Shown here: positions 46,302 to 54,517 of the stretch, piece after piece
Numbering within the stretch: position 1 is the stretch's first letter
How the letters are laid out: the number at the start of each line of letters is the position of its first letter
NCBI GenBank assembly: GCA_012518595.1
Contig: JAAYRV010000004.1
Location: 52,304 to 116,303 of the forward strand
DNA from: Bacillota bacterium
Lineage (GTDB): Bacteria; Bacillota; SHA-98; UBA4971
Length of the DNA: 64,000 bases
Reading direction: 5' to 3'
Notes under the pieces: generated by a model
The model's input: the letters and a program-made list of their open reading frames with translations, nothing else
What the model was told of the DNA's origin: nothing
Database searches by the model: none
Program-made: the position numbers and the translations under genes

Positions 46302-47702
46302 GTGCGTGTCGATGAGAAGCGAAGGATGTCTAGGAGTGGCGTAGTGGATCAATACAAGAAGATTGTGCTGCCTGGCGGGGCAAAGGTAGTGACTGAAGAG
46401 ATTCCCCATGTACGATCGTGTACAGTCGGGTTATGGTTGAATGCCGGATCACGCTGGGAAAGTCCGAAAGCAAACGGGGTTTCTCACTTCATTGAACATC
46501 TGGTTTTCAAAGGCACTAAAAGTCGTACAGCAAAGAAAATTGCAGAAGAAATAGACGGGGTAGGCGGATACTTGAATGCTGTAACTACCAAGGACTATAC
46601 TTGCTACTATGCTAAAGTGCCTGATAAATACGTAGGACTTGCTATAGATATCATATGCGATATTGTCTGTCGCCCGTTGCTCGAAGAAGGAGATATTGAG
46701 AAAGAAAAAAGCGTCATAGCCGAAGAGATTGCCATGTATGAAGACTCACCGGAAGAAATTGTCCATGATTTGCTTGCCTCTACAGCGTGGGGGCGTTGCG
46801 CTCTTGGGTTGCCGACTCTTGGTTCTCTAAAAACCTTGAAGGATTTCGGAAGGGATAGTATTGTCAAGTACATGTCCGAACACTACGTCTCGGAAAGCAC
46901 AGTTGTGTCAGCTGCGGGGAACATAAGGCACGAGAACGTGGTGGAAGAAATAATCAAGCGGTTAGATCTATCTGACATGCCGATGAAATCTTTTGTGACT
47001 CCCAAGTGGAAACCGGGAGCACAGGCTTTTCGTTCCAAAGCTATAGAACAGGCTCACGTATGCATTGGGTACGAAGCGTTTGGCAGACACCACCCGGACA
47101 GGTTCGGCCTATATATCTTGGATGTCGCAGTTGGAGGCGGGTTAAGCTCCAGACTCTTCCAGAAGCTCAGAGAAGACCGGGGCCTTGTGTACTCGACATA
47201 CTCCTATACTGCGTTGTATGATGATACAGGGGCATTTACATTGTATGCCGGAACCGCCGTAGAAAACGTCAGCCTTGTCAGCGATTTGATTTTTGGAGAG
47301 CTTCATGACATATGTAACCATGGCCTTAAATGGGAAGAATATAACCGTGGCAAAGAGCAACTGAAAAATGCCCTGGCGCTGAATTTGGAGACTACCAATA
47401 GCAGAATGAGCAGGCTTGGAAGGTTAGAACTTGCAGGTGAACCACTCTATACGCCGGATGAGATCAGCAAGCTCATTGATAATGTTACTTACGATGATGT
47501 GAGCCGAATAGCAGTTCAGATCTTGGGGCAAAAGCCACCGGTCGTGGCGGTGGTAGGTCCACGCAAAACTAAATCGTTCCTTATTCGGAGGGAGCTAAAT
47601 GACACAAGACCTCGAGAAGAGACTGGAAGTACTCAGGATAGCCATAGAAGATTTGCGTGGGGAGCTGAACCGAACGATAGCCCAACATCAAGGAAACCTT
47701 AA
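46302..47702 (+). CDS. M16-family zinc peptidase (MlpA/YmxG-like), with an unusual C-terminal tail of about 40 aa
   Basis: Inverzincin motif 'HFIEHLVFKGT' (HxxEH). The real start is probably at ATG 46326. The ORF runs 104 nt into the next gene. Confidence 0.8.
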   Translation: MRVDEKRRMSRSGVVDQYKKIVLPGGAKVVTEEIPHVRSCTVGLWLNAGSRWESPKANGVSHFIEHLVFKGTKSRTAKKIAEEIDGVGGYLNAVTTKDYTCYYAKVPDKYVGLAIDIICDIVCRPLLEEGDIEKEKSVIAEEIAMYEDSPEEIVHDLLASTAWGRCALGLPTLGSLKTLKDFGRDSIVKYMSEHYVSESTVVSAAGNIRHENVVEEIIKRLDLSDMPMKSFVTPKWKPGAQAFRSKAIEQAHVCIGYEAFGRHHPDRFGLYILDVAVGGGLSSRLFQKLREDRGLVYSTYSYTALYDDTGAFTLYAGTAVENVSLVSDLIFGELHDICNHGLKWEEYNRGKEQLKNALALNLETTNSRMSRLGRLELAGEPLYTPDEISKLIDNVTYDDVSRIAVQILGQKPPVVAVVGPRKTKSFLIRRELNDTRPREETGSTQDSHRRFAWGAEPNDSPTSRKP

Positions 47703-47850
47703 TAACCTTGAGACTTATGATATCAGCGAACGCCTTGATGAACTGGTTGCCGAATACCTTCGTCTGACAGAAAGGCTAAATGGCGCATATGAGCGTGGCT
47801 ATTATGTCAAACTAAAGCCAAACCCTACTAACAAGGAGGCGGCGAGATAA
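47599..47850 (+). CDS. Spo0E-like sporulation regulatory aspartyl-phosphate phosphatase
   Basis: 83-aa helical protein with 'ISERLDELVAEYLRL', resembling the Spo0E 'SQxLDxLIxxY' signature. Strong GGAGGGAG RBS. Confidence 0.55.
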   Translation: MTQDLEKRLEVLRIAIEDLRGELNRTIAQHQGNLNNLETYDISERLDELVAEYLRLTERLNGAYERGYYVKLKPNPTNKEAAR

Positions 47851-48339
47851 ATGGCAAGCATCATAGGCACATTTAGCAAGCGTGATGAGGCGGAGAGAGC
47901 TATTCATGAGTTAAAGAGAGAAGGATTCGGCGATGACAAAGTATCCATAGTTGCCAAAGAAGATAGAGGGCGTGGAGGAGATCGCGGTGAAGGCGGACTG
48001 AAAATGGGTCGCGGCACAGATGTTTCCGGTGGTACAGTCACCGGAGGCGCAGTCGGAGGCACGGCCGGAGTCCTTGCAGGATTGGGGGCTCTTGCGATTC
48101 CCGGAATTGGTCCAATTGTCGCTATCGGACCCATAGCAGCCGGACTTACCGGGGCGGTAGCAGGGGGACTTGTAGGTAGCCTTGTGGATTTAGGGATTCC
48201 GGAAGATCGTAGCAAGTTTTATGAGAGCAAAGTTAAAGAGGGAAAGGTCCTGGCTGTAGTAAAAGCCGATGACAATGAGGTGAATAACGTCAGAGAGGTA
48301 TACAGCAAGTTCGGCGCCTCTGACATAGAGATTCACTAA
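47851..48339 (+). CDS. YflT/GSP17M-like general-stress protein with a central glycine-zipper segment
   Basis: 'IGTFSKRDEAERAIHELKREGFGDDKVSIVAKE' resembles the YflT N-domain. The central 'GGAVGGTAGVLAGLGALAIPGIGPIVAIGPIAAGLTGAVAGGLVG' is glycine-zipper-like. The ATG directly follows the Spo0E-like stop. Confidence 0.6.
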   Translation: MASIIGTFSKRDEAERAIHELKREGFGDDKVSIVAKEDRGRGGDRGEGGLKMGRGTDVSGGTVTGGAVGGTAGVLAGLGALAIPGIGPIVAIGPIAAGLTGAVAGGLVGSLVDLGIPEDRSKFYESKVKEGKVLAVVKADDNEVNNVREVYSKFGASDIEIH

Positions 48340-48607
48340 CTTTAGAGAATCAGGTGGAATTTCCGTACACATAATGTAGTATCAATGGATAAACCGCTGT
48401 GGCATGGTGTCCGGATAGTGCCTGTCTGCAGCGGTTCTTGCATTATTCCAAGGATAGTTGCATGCTCGGCTCCAAGAAGGCTCCAATGCCGGTAAGTAAC
48501 TGGATTTACCGCTGACACGGTTGCGTTACCGGAGGCGAAAGGAATGCAAAACCGGAAGGATTAAAGAAGCATGGCAAGGATAAGCCTACTCAGGGGGTTA
48601 GGTATAA

Positions 48608-49399
48608 ATGAAAATCAAGACAATCATAACAGGAGCAGCAGGACGCATGGGAAAGCAAGTCGCGTCTGCCCTCATGCAGGAATCAGACATACAACTGGTT
48701 GGGGGTGTAGACCTAAAAAAAGAAAATATTAATATCATCTCAGGGCAGACTGACAGCTCACTTCAGGTAACAACAGACCTTCGCGCCTTGATAGCCAAGA
48801 CTCACCCGCATGTACTGATAGATTTCACACACCCGGCAAGTGTTATGAATAACGTAAGGATCGCTCTTGAGAACGGGGTCAGGTGCGTTGTGGGAACCAC
48901 AGGCTTATCAGCGTCTGACTCAGATGCAATCAGGAGCTTCTGCCAGATGAATGAGATAGGTGCTGTAATTGCCCCAAACTTCGCGATTGGCGCTGTCCTT
49001 CTCATGAAATTCGCCCAGATAGCTTCCAGGCACTTTGATAAAGCTGAGATTATTGAAATGCATCATGATAAGAAAGTAGATGCTCCTTCAGGAACGGCTC
49101 TTAAGACCGCTGAGTTCATGGGACACCGGGATCCGGCTGCAGAAGAGGAGACAGCAGTAAGCCTTGAGTCACAGTCTGCAAGGGGTGAAAGGATTGGAGG
49201 CATTCGAATACACAGCGTAAGGCTTCCAGGCCTTGTAGCTCACCATGAGGTCATCTTCGGGGCGTCCGGAGAAACACTCACAATACGTCATGATTCTCTG
49301 TCACGGGAGTCTTTTATGCCCGGCGTAATTCTGGCTGTGAGAGAAGTGATGAAGCTTGATAGGGCAGTTTTCGGACTTGATGTCCTCCTTGACATATAG
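48608..49399 (+). CDS. dapB: 4-hydroxy-tetrahydrodipicolinate reductase
   Basis: 'IITGAAGRMGK' Rossmann fold and the 'EIIEMHHDKKVDAPSGTA' catalytic motif. Confidence 0.88.
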   Translation: MKIKTIITGAAGRMGKQVASALMQESDIQLVGGVDLKKENINIISGQTDSSLQVTTDLRALIAKTHPHVLIDFTHPASVMNNVRIALENGVRCVVGTTGLSASDSDAIRSFCQMNEIGAVIAPNFAIGAVLLMKFAQIASRHFDKAEIIEMHHDKKVDAPSGTALKTAEFMGHRDPAAEEETAVSLESQSARGERIGGIRIHSVRLPGLVAHHEVIFGASGETLTIRHDSLSRESFMPGVILAVREVMKLDRAVFGLDVLLDI

Positions 49400-49460
49400 G
49401 CAGTTCTTGCCGTATGACAACTGTTTCCGTTGCCGGACGAGCACAAAAGGATAAAACAGG

Positions 49461-49489
49461 CACCCCCTCCCCTCAAGAATCATATATTA
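49461..49489 (+). promoter_or_regulatory. Putative sigma-K-type promoter for dpaA-dpaB
   Basis: 'AC' at 49462-49463, 17 nt, then CATATATTA (49481-49489), matching AC-n16/17-CATAnnnTA. Confidence 0.35.
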
Positions 49490-49523
49490 CCCATAGCTAT
49501 GTACGGTCAGGGGAGGGACTGTA

Positions 49524-50420
49524 ATGGAAGAGGGCCTCAAAGGACTCGTTATTTGTGTTCTTGGCGGGGATTTTCGCGAAGTTGAACTAATCCGGAAATT
49601 CCTCGGAGAAGGGGCTCTCGTAAGAGTAGTAGGATACCCGCCTCTTGATGAGCTTGAAGGGACTACTAGGGAAACCAGCGTATTCCAGGGGATTCATGGA
49701 GCTTCTGCAATTGTCGTAGGAATGGGCGGCTTAGATGTCGGAGGCAAGGTAAGAACTCTCGACCCAGAGATCAATATTGCCCTCACTGAGGAGCTCCTCG
49801 AACTGATTCCACCTGGCGTGCCGCTTCTTGTCGGAGCTGCAAGGCCCAGGCTCCGTGAATTCGCGTCAAAGCATAATGTGAATCTTGTCGAGGTTACCGA
49901 GGACGACGAAATTGCCATACGAAACTCAATACCTACGGCAGAGGGAGCGCTTCAGATAGCCATGGAAGAGATGCCCATTACAATCCATGGATGCAACGCT
50001 GTTGTAGTTGGGTTTGGACGAGTAGGGGAGACTATGGCACGCGTTTTGCTTTCGCTTTGTGCAAACACTGTCGTGTGTGCCAGGAACCTTGCACAGCTTG
50101 CGAGGGCTAGTGAAATGGGTGCTTCCACATTGCATATTTCGTCCCTTGCTATGGCTTTATCCAACGCTGACGTAGTCTTTAATACAGTCCCTGCAATAGT
50201 CTTGACTGAAAAGACCCTGGAGAGCATGAGTCCCGGTTCTCTCATAATAGACTTAGCGTCAGCGCCGGGAGGAACTGATTTTGAAGCTGCGACGCGGTTG
50301 GGCATTAAGGCTATCCTCGCCCCGGGATTACCGGGGAAAGTTGCTCCGAAGACTGCAGGCAAGATTCTCGCTGATTCAATCCCTCAACTCATAAGACGGG
50401 AACTCAGCCGCCTCCGCTGA
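49524..50420 (+). CDS. dpaA: Dipicolinate synthase subunit A
   Basis: 298 aa with an NAD-binding Rossmann 'VVVGFGRVG'. Matches SpoVFA. Confidence 0.85.
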   Translation: MEEGLKGLVICVLGGDFREVELIRKFLGEGALVRVVGYPPLDELEGTTRETSVFQGIHGASAIVVGMGGLDVGGKVRTLDPEINIALTEELLELIPPGVPLLVGAARPRLREFASKHNVNLVEVTEDDEIAIRNSIPTAEGALQIAMEEMPITIHGCNAVVVGFGRVGETMARVLLSLCANTVVCARNLAQLARASEMGASTLHISSLAMALSNADVVFNTVPAIVLTEKTLESMSPGSLIIDLASAPGGTDFEAATRLGIKAILAPGLPGKVAPKTAGKILADSIPQLIRRELSRLR

Positions 50421-50457
50421 CCGGCAGGTCTGCTAGCATTAGGTGGAGGTGGAATCC

Positions 50458-51048
50458 ATGCGGCTTGCCGGTAAGAGAATTGGCGTGGCTATGACAGGGT
50501 CGTTCTGCACTATCCCTGAGGTTTTGCCTGAACTTGAGAAGCTTGTCCATGAAGGCGCAGATGTGTATCCAATACTTTCAGAAAAAGTCGCAACTCAAAA
50601 TACAAGGTTTGGAAAGGCCGCTGACATAATATGCGCCATTGAACGTATTACAGGTAAAGAACCTATCTTGACCATTGCTGAGGTAGAACCCTTAGGGCCG
50701 GCAAAAGTTCTGGACGCCTTAATAATAGCGCCATGCACGGGAAACACCTTGGCTAAACTGGCGTCGGGCATCACAGACGGTCCGGTTCTGATGGCTGCCA
50801 AGTCTACCATGCGCAATCTGAGACCTGTAATCATCGGGATTTCCACAAATGACGGTCTATCGGCGAACGCCAAGAACCTAGGCGCCATACTCAATACTAA
50901 ACATATATATGTGATTCCCTTCACACAAGATGCGCCTTTTGTGAAACCTCGTTCGCTCATAAGTGATATGCAACTCATTATTGATACGCTCATTGCTGCG
51001 CTTGAAGGCAAACAGCTACAGCCTATTCTTGTTGACAGGAAATCATAG
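50458..51048 (+). CDS. dpaB: Dipicolinate synthase subunit B (flavoprotein-like)
   Basis: 'MRLAGKRIGVAMTGSFCT' resembles a flavoprotein fold, matching SpoVFB. GGTGGAGGTGG RBS. Confidence 0.85.
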   Translation: MRLAGKRIGVAMTGSFCTIPEVLPELEKLVHEGADVYPILSEKVATQNTRFGKAADIICAIERITGKEPILTIAEVEPLGPAKVLDALIIAPCTGNTLAKLASGITDGPVLMAAKSTMRNLRPVIIGISTNDGLSANAKNLGAILNTKHIYVIPFTQDAPFVKPRSLISDMQLIIDTLIAALEGKQLQPILVDRKS

Positions 51049-51105
51049 GGGATATATGCTAACATAAAACACTCGGCATAAACGGCACATAGTGAGGGGA
51101 GAAGA

Positions 51106-52143
51106 ATGAGAAGATACAGAGTAGCGATAGTAGGCGCCACAGGAGTCGTAGGACAGGAACTCTTAAAGATTCTGGCGGAAAGGGACTTCCCCATTGCAAA
51201 ACTGACGCTTCTTGCGTCAGCCAGATCAAAGGGGAAACATGTGGAATTTCAAGGAGAGGCTTTACGCGTAGAAGAGGTTTCGGAGAACTCATTAGCAGGT
51301 CACGATATAGCGTTTTTTGCGGCAGGCGCGTCAGTTTCGCGAGAATTCGCCGAAGGCGCAATTGAAAGAGGTGCCTTGGTGATTGACAATAGCAGCGCAT
51401 TTCGCATGGACCCGGAGGTACCCCTTGTTGTTCCCCAAGTAAACCCTAAAGATATCTTAAGACATAAAGGAATCATTGCCAACCCCAACTGCACCACAAC
51501 TATCATGGTAATGGCATTAAAACCTATTGATGACGCTGCCTCTGTTAAGCGAGCAGTCGTATCCACATATCAAGCTGTATCCGGGGCCGGAATAAAGGCT
51601 ATGGATGCTTTGTTCCGGGAGTCCAAAGCATATTTGGCAGGAGAAGCCGTTCAGCCTGAGGTCCTTCCCTTTGCATCTGCTCCAAAGCACTATCAGATTG
51701 CATTTAACGTAATCCCGCAAGTGGATGTGTTCCAAGACATGATGTACTCCAAGGAAGAATGGAAGACTGTTCATGAGACTACCAAGATTATGGGTCGGGC
51801 ATTTGGAATCACTGCTACTACCGTGCGTGTTCCCGTAGAGAGATCGCACTCCATATCCCTGAATCTGGAAACCGAGCGTAAGCTCACTCGGGAACAGGCC
51901 TTAGAAATCCTTTCCAAAGCCCCTGGAATTGAAGTGATGGATGATCCCGCCGAGATGTTGTACCCAATGCCTTTCTTCGCCCAAGGGACGGATCTGGTTC
52001 AAGTCGGCAGGGTGCGAGAAGATAATTCGATTCCCAACGGACTCAACTTGTGGGTTGTAGGTGATCAGCTTCGCAAAGGCGCGGCGCTAAATGCAGTTGA
52101 AATAGGAGAAAAAGCCTTGGAGCTTGGATGTCTTGCGAGGTGA
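51106..52143 (+). CDS. asd: Aspartate-semialdehyde dehydrogenase
   Basis: 'VAIVGATGVVGQ' and the active-site 'NPNCTT'. Confidence 0.9.
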   Translation: MRRYRVAIVGATGVVGQELLKILAERDFPIAKLTLLASARSKGKHVEFQGEALRVEEVSENSLAGHDIAFFAAGASVSREFAEGAIERGALVIDNSSAFRMDPEVPLVVPQVNPKDILRHKGIIANPNCTTTIMVMALKPIDDAASVKRAVVSTYQAVSGAGIKAMDALFRESKAYLAGEAVQPEVLPFASAPKHYQIAFNVIPQVDVFQDMMYSKEEWKTVHETTKIMGRAFGITATTVRVPVERSHSISLNLETERKLTREQALEILSKAPGIEVMDDPAEMLYPMPFFAQGTDLVQVGRVREDNSIPNGLNLWVVGDQLRKGAALNAVEIGEKALELGCLAR

Positions 52144-52145
52144 GG

Positions 52146-53390
52146 ATGATGAAGATTATAATCCAAAAATTCGGAGGAACGTCTGTAGCCACCTCTGCAC
52201 AGCGGGAGAAAGCAGCTAAGAAAGTCCTGGAAGCGCAGGCTAATGGATACTCGCCTGTTGTTGTAGTGTCTGCAATGGGTCGTAAGGGAGAACCTTACGC
52301 CACTGACACTCTCCTGGGGCTTGTGAAGAGCGTATATGAAGAGGCGGATCCCAGAGAACAAGATTTAGTCATGTCATGCGGCGAGATCATTTCCGCAGTG
52401 GTTATGACCCAGACGTTGAAAGGAATTGGATGTGAAGCTGTAGGCCTAACAGGAGGGCAAGCAGGTATCATAACTGATGAGAGTTTTGGTAACACAAGAA
52501 TTCTTGAAGTGCATCCCGCACGCATAATGGACTACCTCAACGAAGGCAAGGTAGTGGTCGTCGCAGGATTTCAAGGCATGAGCAAGAGCGGCGAAGTCAC
52601 AACACTGGGACGAGGAGGCAGCGACACAACGGCGGCAGCTCTCGGTGTGGCTCTCGGCGCCGAGTCGGTGGAAATATATACGGATGTGGAAGGCGTCATG
52701 ACTGCCGACCCTAAAATGGTGCCTGAGGCAAAACCTCTTAGAATTGTCTCCTATTCTGAAATCGTGGAAATGGCTCACCTCGGAGCCAAGATTGTCCACC
52801 CAAGGGCTGTGGAGATTGCCATGGAAGGCGGAATTCCCATAAGGATCAAGAATACATTCTCTGACGCGCCGGGCACTCTCATATGTGAGAGCAGTATGGT
52901 CTCAAGGAAAACTGTCATAAAATCGGATAGAGTTGCAAGGGGCGTAGCTCACCTTAGCGATATCACTCAGGTGCGACTGGATCGGCAACACGATGTCAAT
53001 GAATCCGGATTCGTAAGTCGCGTATTCCGCGCCCTTGCAGATGCAAAGATAAGTGTGGATCTCATCACTGTGCTCCCAACAACCATTTGTTTTACGATAA
53101 GTGACAGTATGGTGGCTAAATCCCTTCATGCACTGGAATCCTTAGGCCTGAAACAAGAGGAGATAGGAATTACTCCGGGATGTGCCAAGGTATCCCTGGT
53201 AGGCGCCGGAATGAGAGGAGTTCCCGGGGTCATGGCTGAAGTAGTGGAGGCTTTAGCCGATGCAGGTGTGAGGATTTATCAGACATCCGACTCGCATGCC
53301 AGTATATCGTGTCTTGTAATGAAAGAAGATATACTGAAAGCGACAAGAGGACTCCACACCGCATTTGGCTTAGGCGCTGAGACCGTTTGA
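52146..53390 (+). CDS. lysC: Aspartate kinase (DapG/LysC-type, with C-terminal ACT domains)
   Basis: 'KIIIQKFGGTSV' and 'LGRGGSDTTA'. The ACT region is present. The start abuts the asd stop. Confidence 0.88.
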   Translation: MMKIIIQKFGGTSVATSAQREKAAKKVLEAQANGYSPVVVVSAMGRKGEPYATDTLLGLVKSVYEEADPREQDLVMSCGEIISAVVMTQTLKGIGCEAVGLTGGQAGIITDESFGNTRILEVHPARIMDYLNEGKVVVVAGFQGMSKSGEVTTLGRGGSDTTAAALGVALGAESVEIYTDVEGVMTADPKMVPEAKPLRIVSYSEIVEMAHLGAKIVHPRAVEIAMEGGIPIRIKNTFSDAPGTLICESSMVSRKTVIKSDRVARGVAHLSDITQVRLDRQHDVNESGFVSRVFRALADAKISVDLITVLPTTICFTISDSMVAKSLHALESLGLKQEEIGITPGCAKVSLVGAGMRGVPGVMAEVVEALADAGVRIYQTSDSHASISCLVMKEDILKATRGLHTAFGLGAETV

Positions 53391-53418
53391 ACCATAAGCA
53401 TTTGGAGGAGGTTTTGAT

Positions 53419-54303
53419 ATGGCTGATTTTGGCAGAGTCATGACTGCAATGGTGACTCCTTTTGGGCCTGATCTTAAGGTGGATTACGACAAAGCCGGCA
53501 AGCTGGCTGAATTGCTTTTCAAGACAGGCTCAGACAGTATTGTGGTTACAGGCACTACAGGCGAATCTCCGACGTTATCTTTGGAAGAGAAACTGGATTT
53601 GTATCGAGTGGTCATGGATGCGGTAGGAGATAAGGCTAAGATTATTGCAGGAACAGGCGGTAATTCAACGGAATCAAGCATTGAGTTAACCCGTGCTGCT
53701 GAAGAAATAGGCGTCCACGGTATTATGCTTGTGGTTCCGTACTACAACAAACCTCCTCAGGAAGGTCTTATTGCACACTTTACGGCGATCGCGGAATCTA
53801 CCGGCCTACCGATTATTCTCTATAACATACCTGGTCGAACCGGTATTAACATGACCCCTGACACCGTCGAGAAGCTGTCACGGGTATCGAATATCGTCGG
53901 CATAAAAGAAGCCAGCGGTAACCTGGAACAAGTGACAGACATACGACAACGCACACCTCAATCATTTAAGATTTACAGCGGTGATGATGCTTTGACACTA
54001 CCCATTATGGCTGTGGGAGGCGAAGGCATCATAAGTGTGGCATCACACGTGGCAGGTAAAGAGATCAAGCGGATGATTCATGCATTCGTAGACGGCAACG
54101 TGACACTTGCGGCAGAGCTCAACTGTAAGCTGTTCCCTCTGTTTAAGGCATTGTTTGTGACTACCAATCCTATCCCGGTAAAGCTGGCGCTTAGGCTTAC
54201 AGGATTCGATGTGGGCGGAGTGAGGCCTCCCTTGGTTGAAGCAGGGGAGAGGGAAACCGGCATTGTCGAGAAAGCCTTGAGAAACTTGGCCTTGTTGTCC
54301 TAA
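53419..54303 (+). CDS. dapA: 4-hydroxy-tetrahydrodipicolinate synthase
   Basis: 'VVTGTTGES', 'YYNKP' and the Schiff-base lysine in 'IVGIKEASG'. Confidence 0.9.
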   Translation: MADFGRVMTAMVTPFGPDLKVDYDKAGKLAELLFKTGSDSIVVTGTTGESPTLSLEEKLDLYRVVMDAVGDKAKIIAGTGGNSTESSIELTRAAEEIGVHGIMLVVPYYNKPPQEGLIAHFTAIAESTGLPIILYNIPGRTGINMTPDTVEKLSRVSNIVGIKEASGNLEQVTDIRQRTPQSFKIYSGDDALTLPIMAVGGEGIISVASHVAGKEIKRMIHAFVDGNVTLAAELNCKLFPLFKALFVTTNPIPVKLALRLTGFDVGGVRPPLVEAGERETGIVEKALRNLALLS

Positions 54304-54453
54304 GTAGGTCGCCATACGTAATCGCTAACTCTAGAAAAGGTGCGTACCGTGCGGGCCACCCGAGACCTCGGAAAACGAACGAAAACTAAGTTGAGATGTG
54401 GGCGTTCTTGTGATATACTTCTATGTTGTATGTGATGTATTGGAGTGGACTTG

Positions 54454-54489
54454 AAACCCCCTGCTGCCATGCAGGGGGGTTTTGATAAA
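54454..54489 (+). terminator. Strong intrinsic terminator-like hairpin 30 nt upstream of rnj
   Basis: 'ccccctgc-tgccat-gcaggggg' (54457-54478, 8-bp G/C stem) followed by 'gttttgat'. Confidence 0.6.
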
Positions 54490-54517
54490 TAGGCCAATAA
54501 TATAGAAAGATGGTGAT

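Noticed and set aside
47904-48215. Minus-strand 103-aa Pro/Ala/Thr-rich ORF
   Set aside because: Antisense to the glycine-zipper region of the YflT-like gene (GGN codons read as NCC = Pro/Ala/Thr). This is a compositional artefact.
48340-48607. Lysine riboswitch (L-box) upstream of dapB
   Set aside because: Some GAGGCGAAAGG-like sequence is present, but I could not align the conserved L-box helices and core by eye. Retained only as an unexplained structured leader in the findings.
50595-51400. Long minus-strand ORFs (199 and 113 aa) antisense to dpaB and asd
   Set aside because: No motifs. They are antisense to strongly supported genes and are typical open antisense frames.
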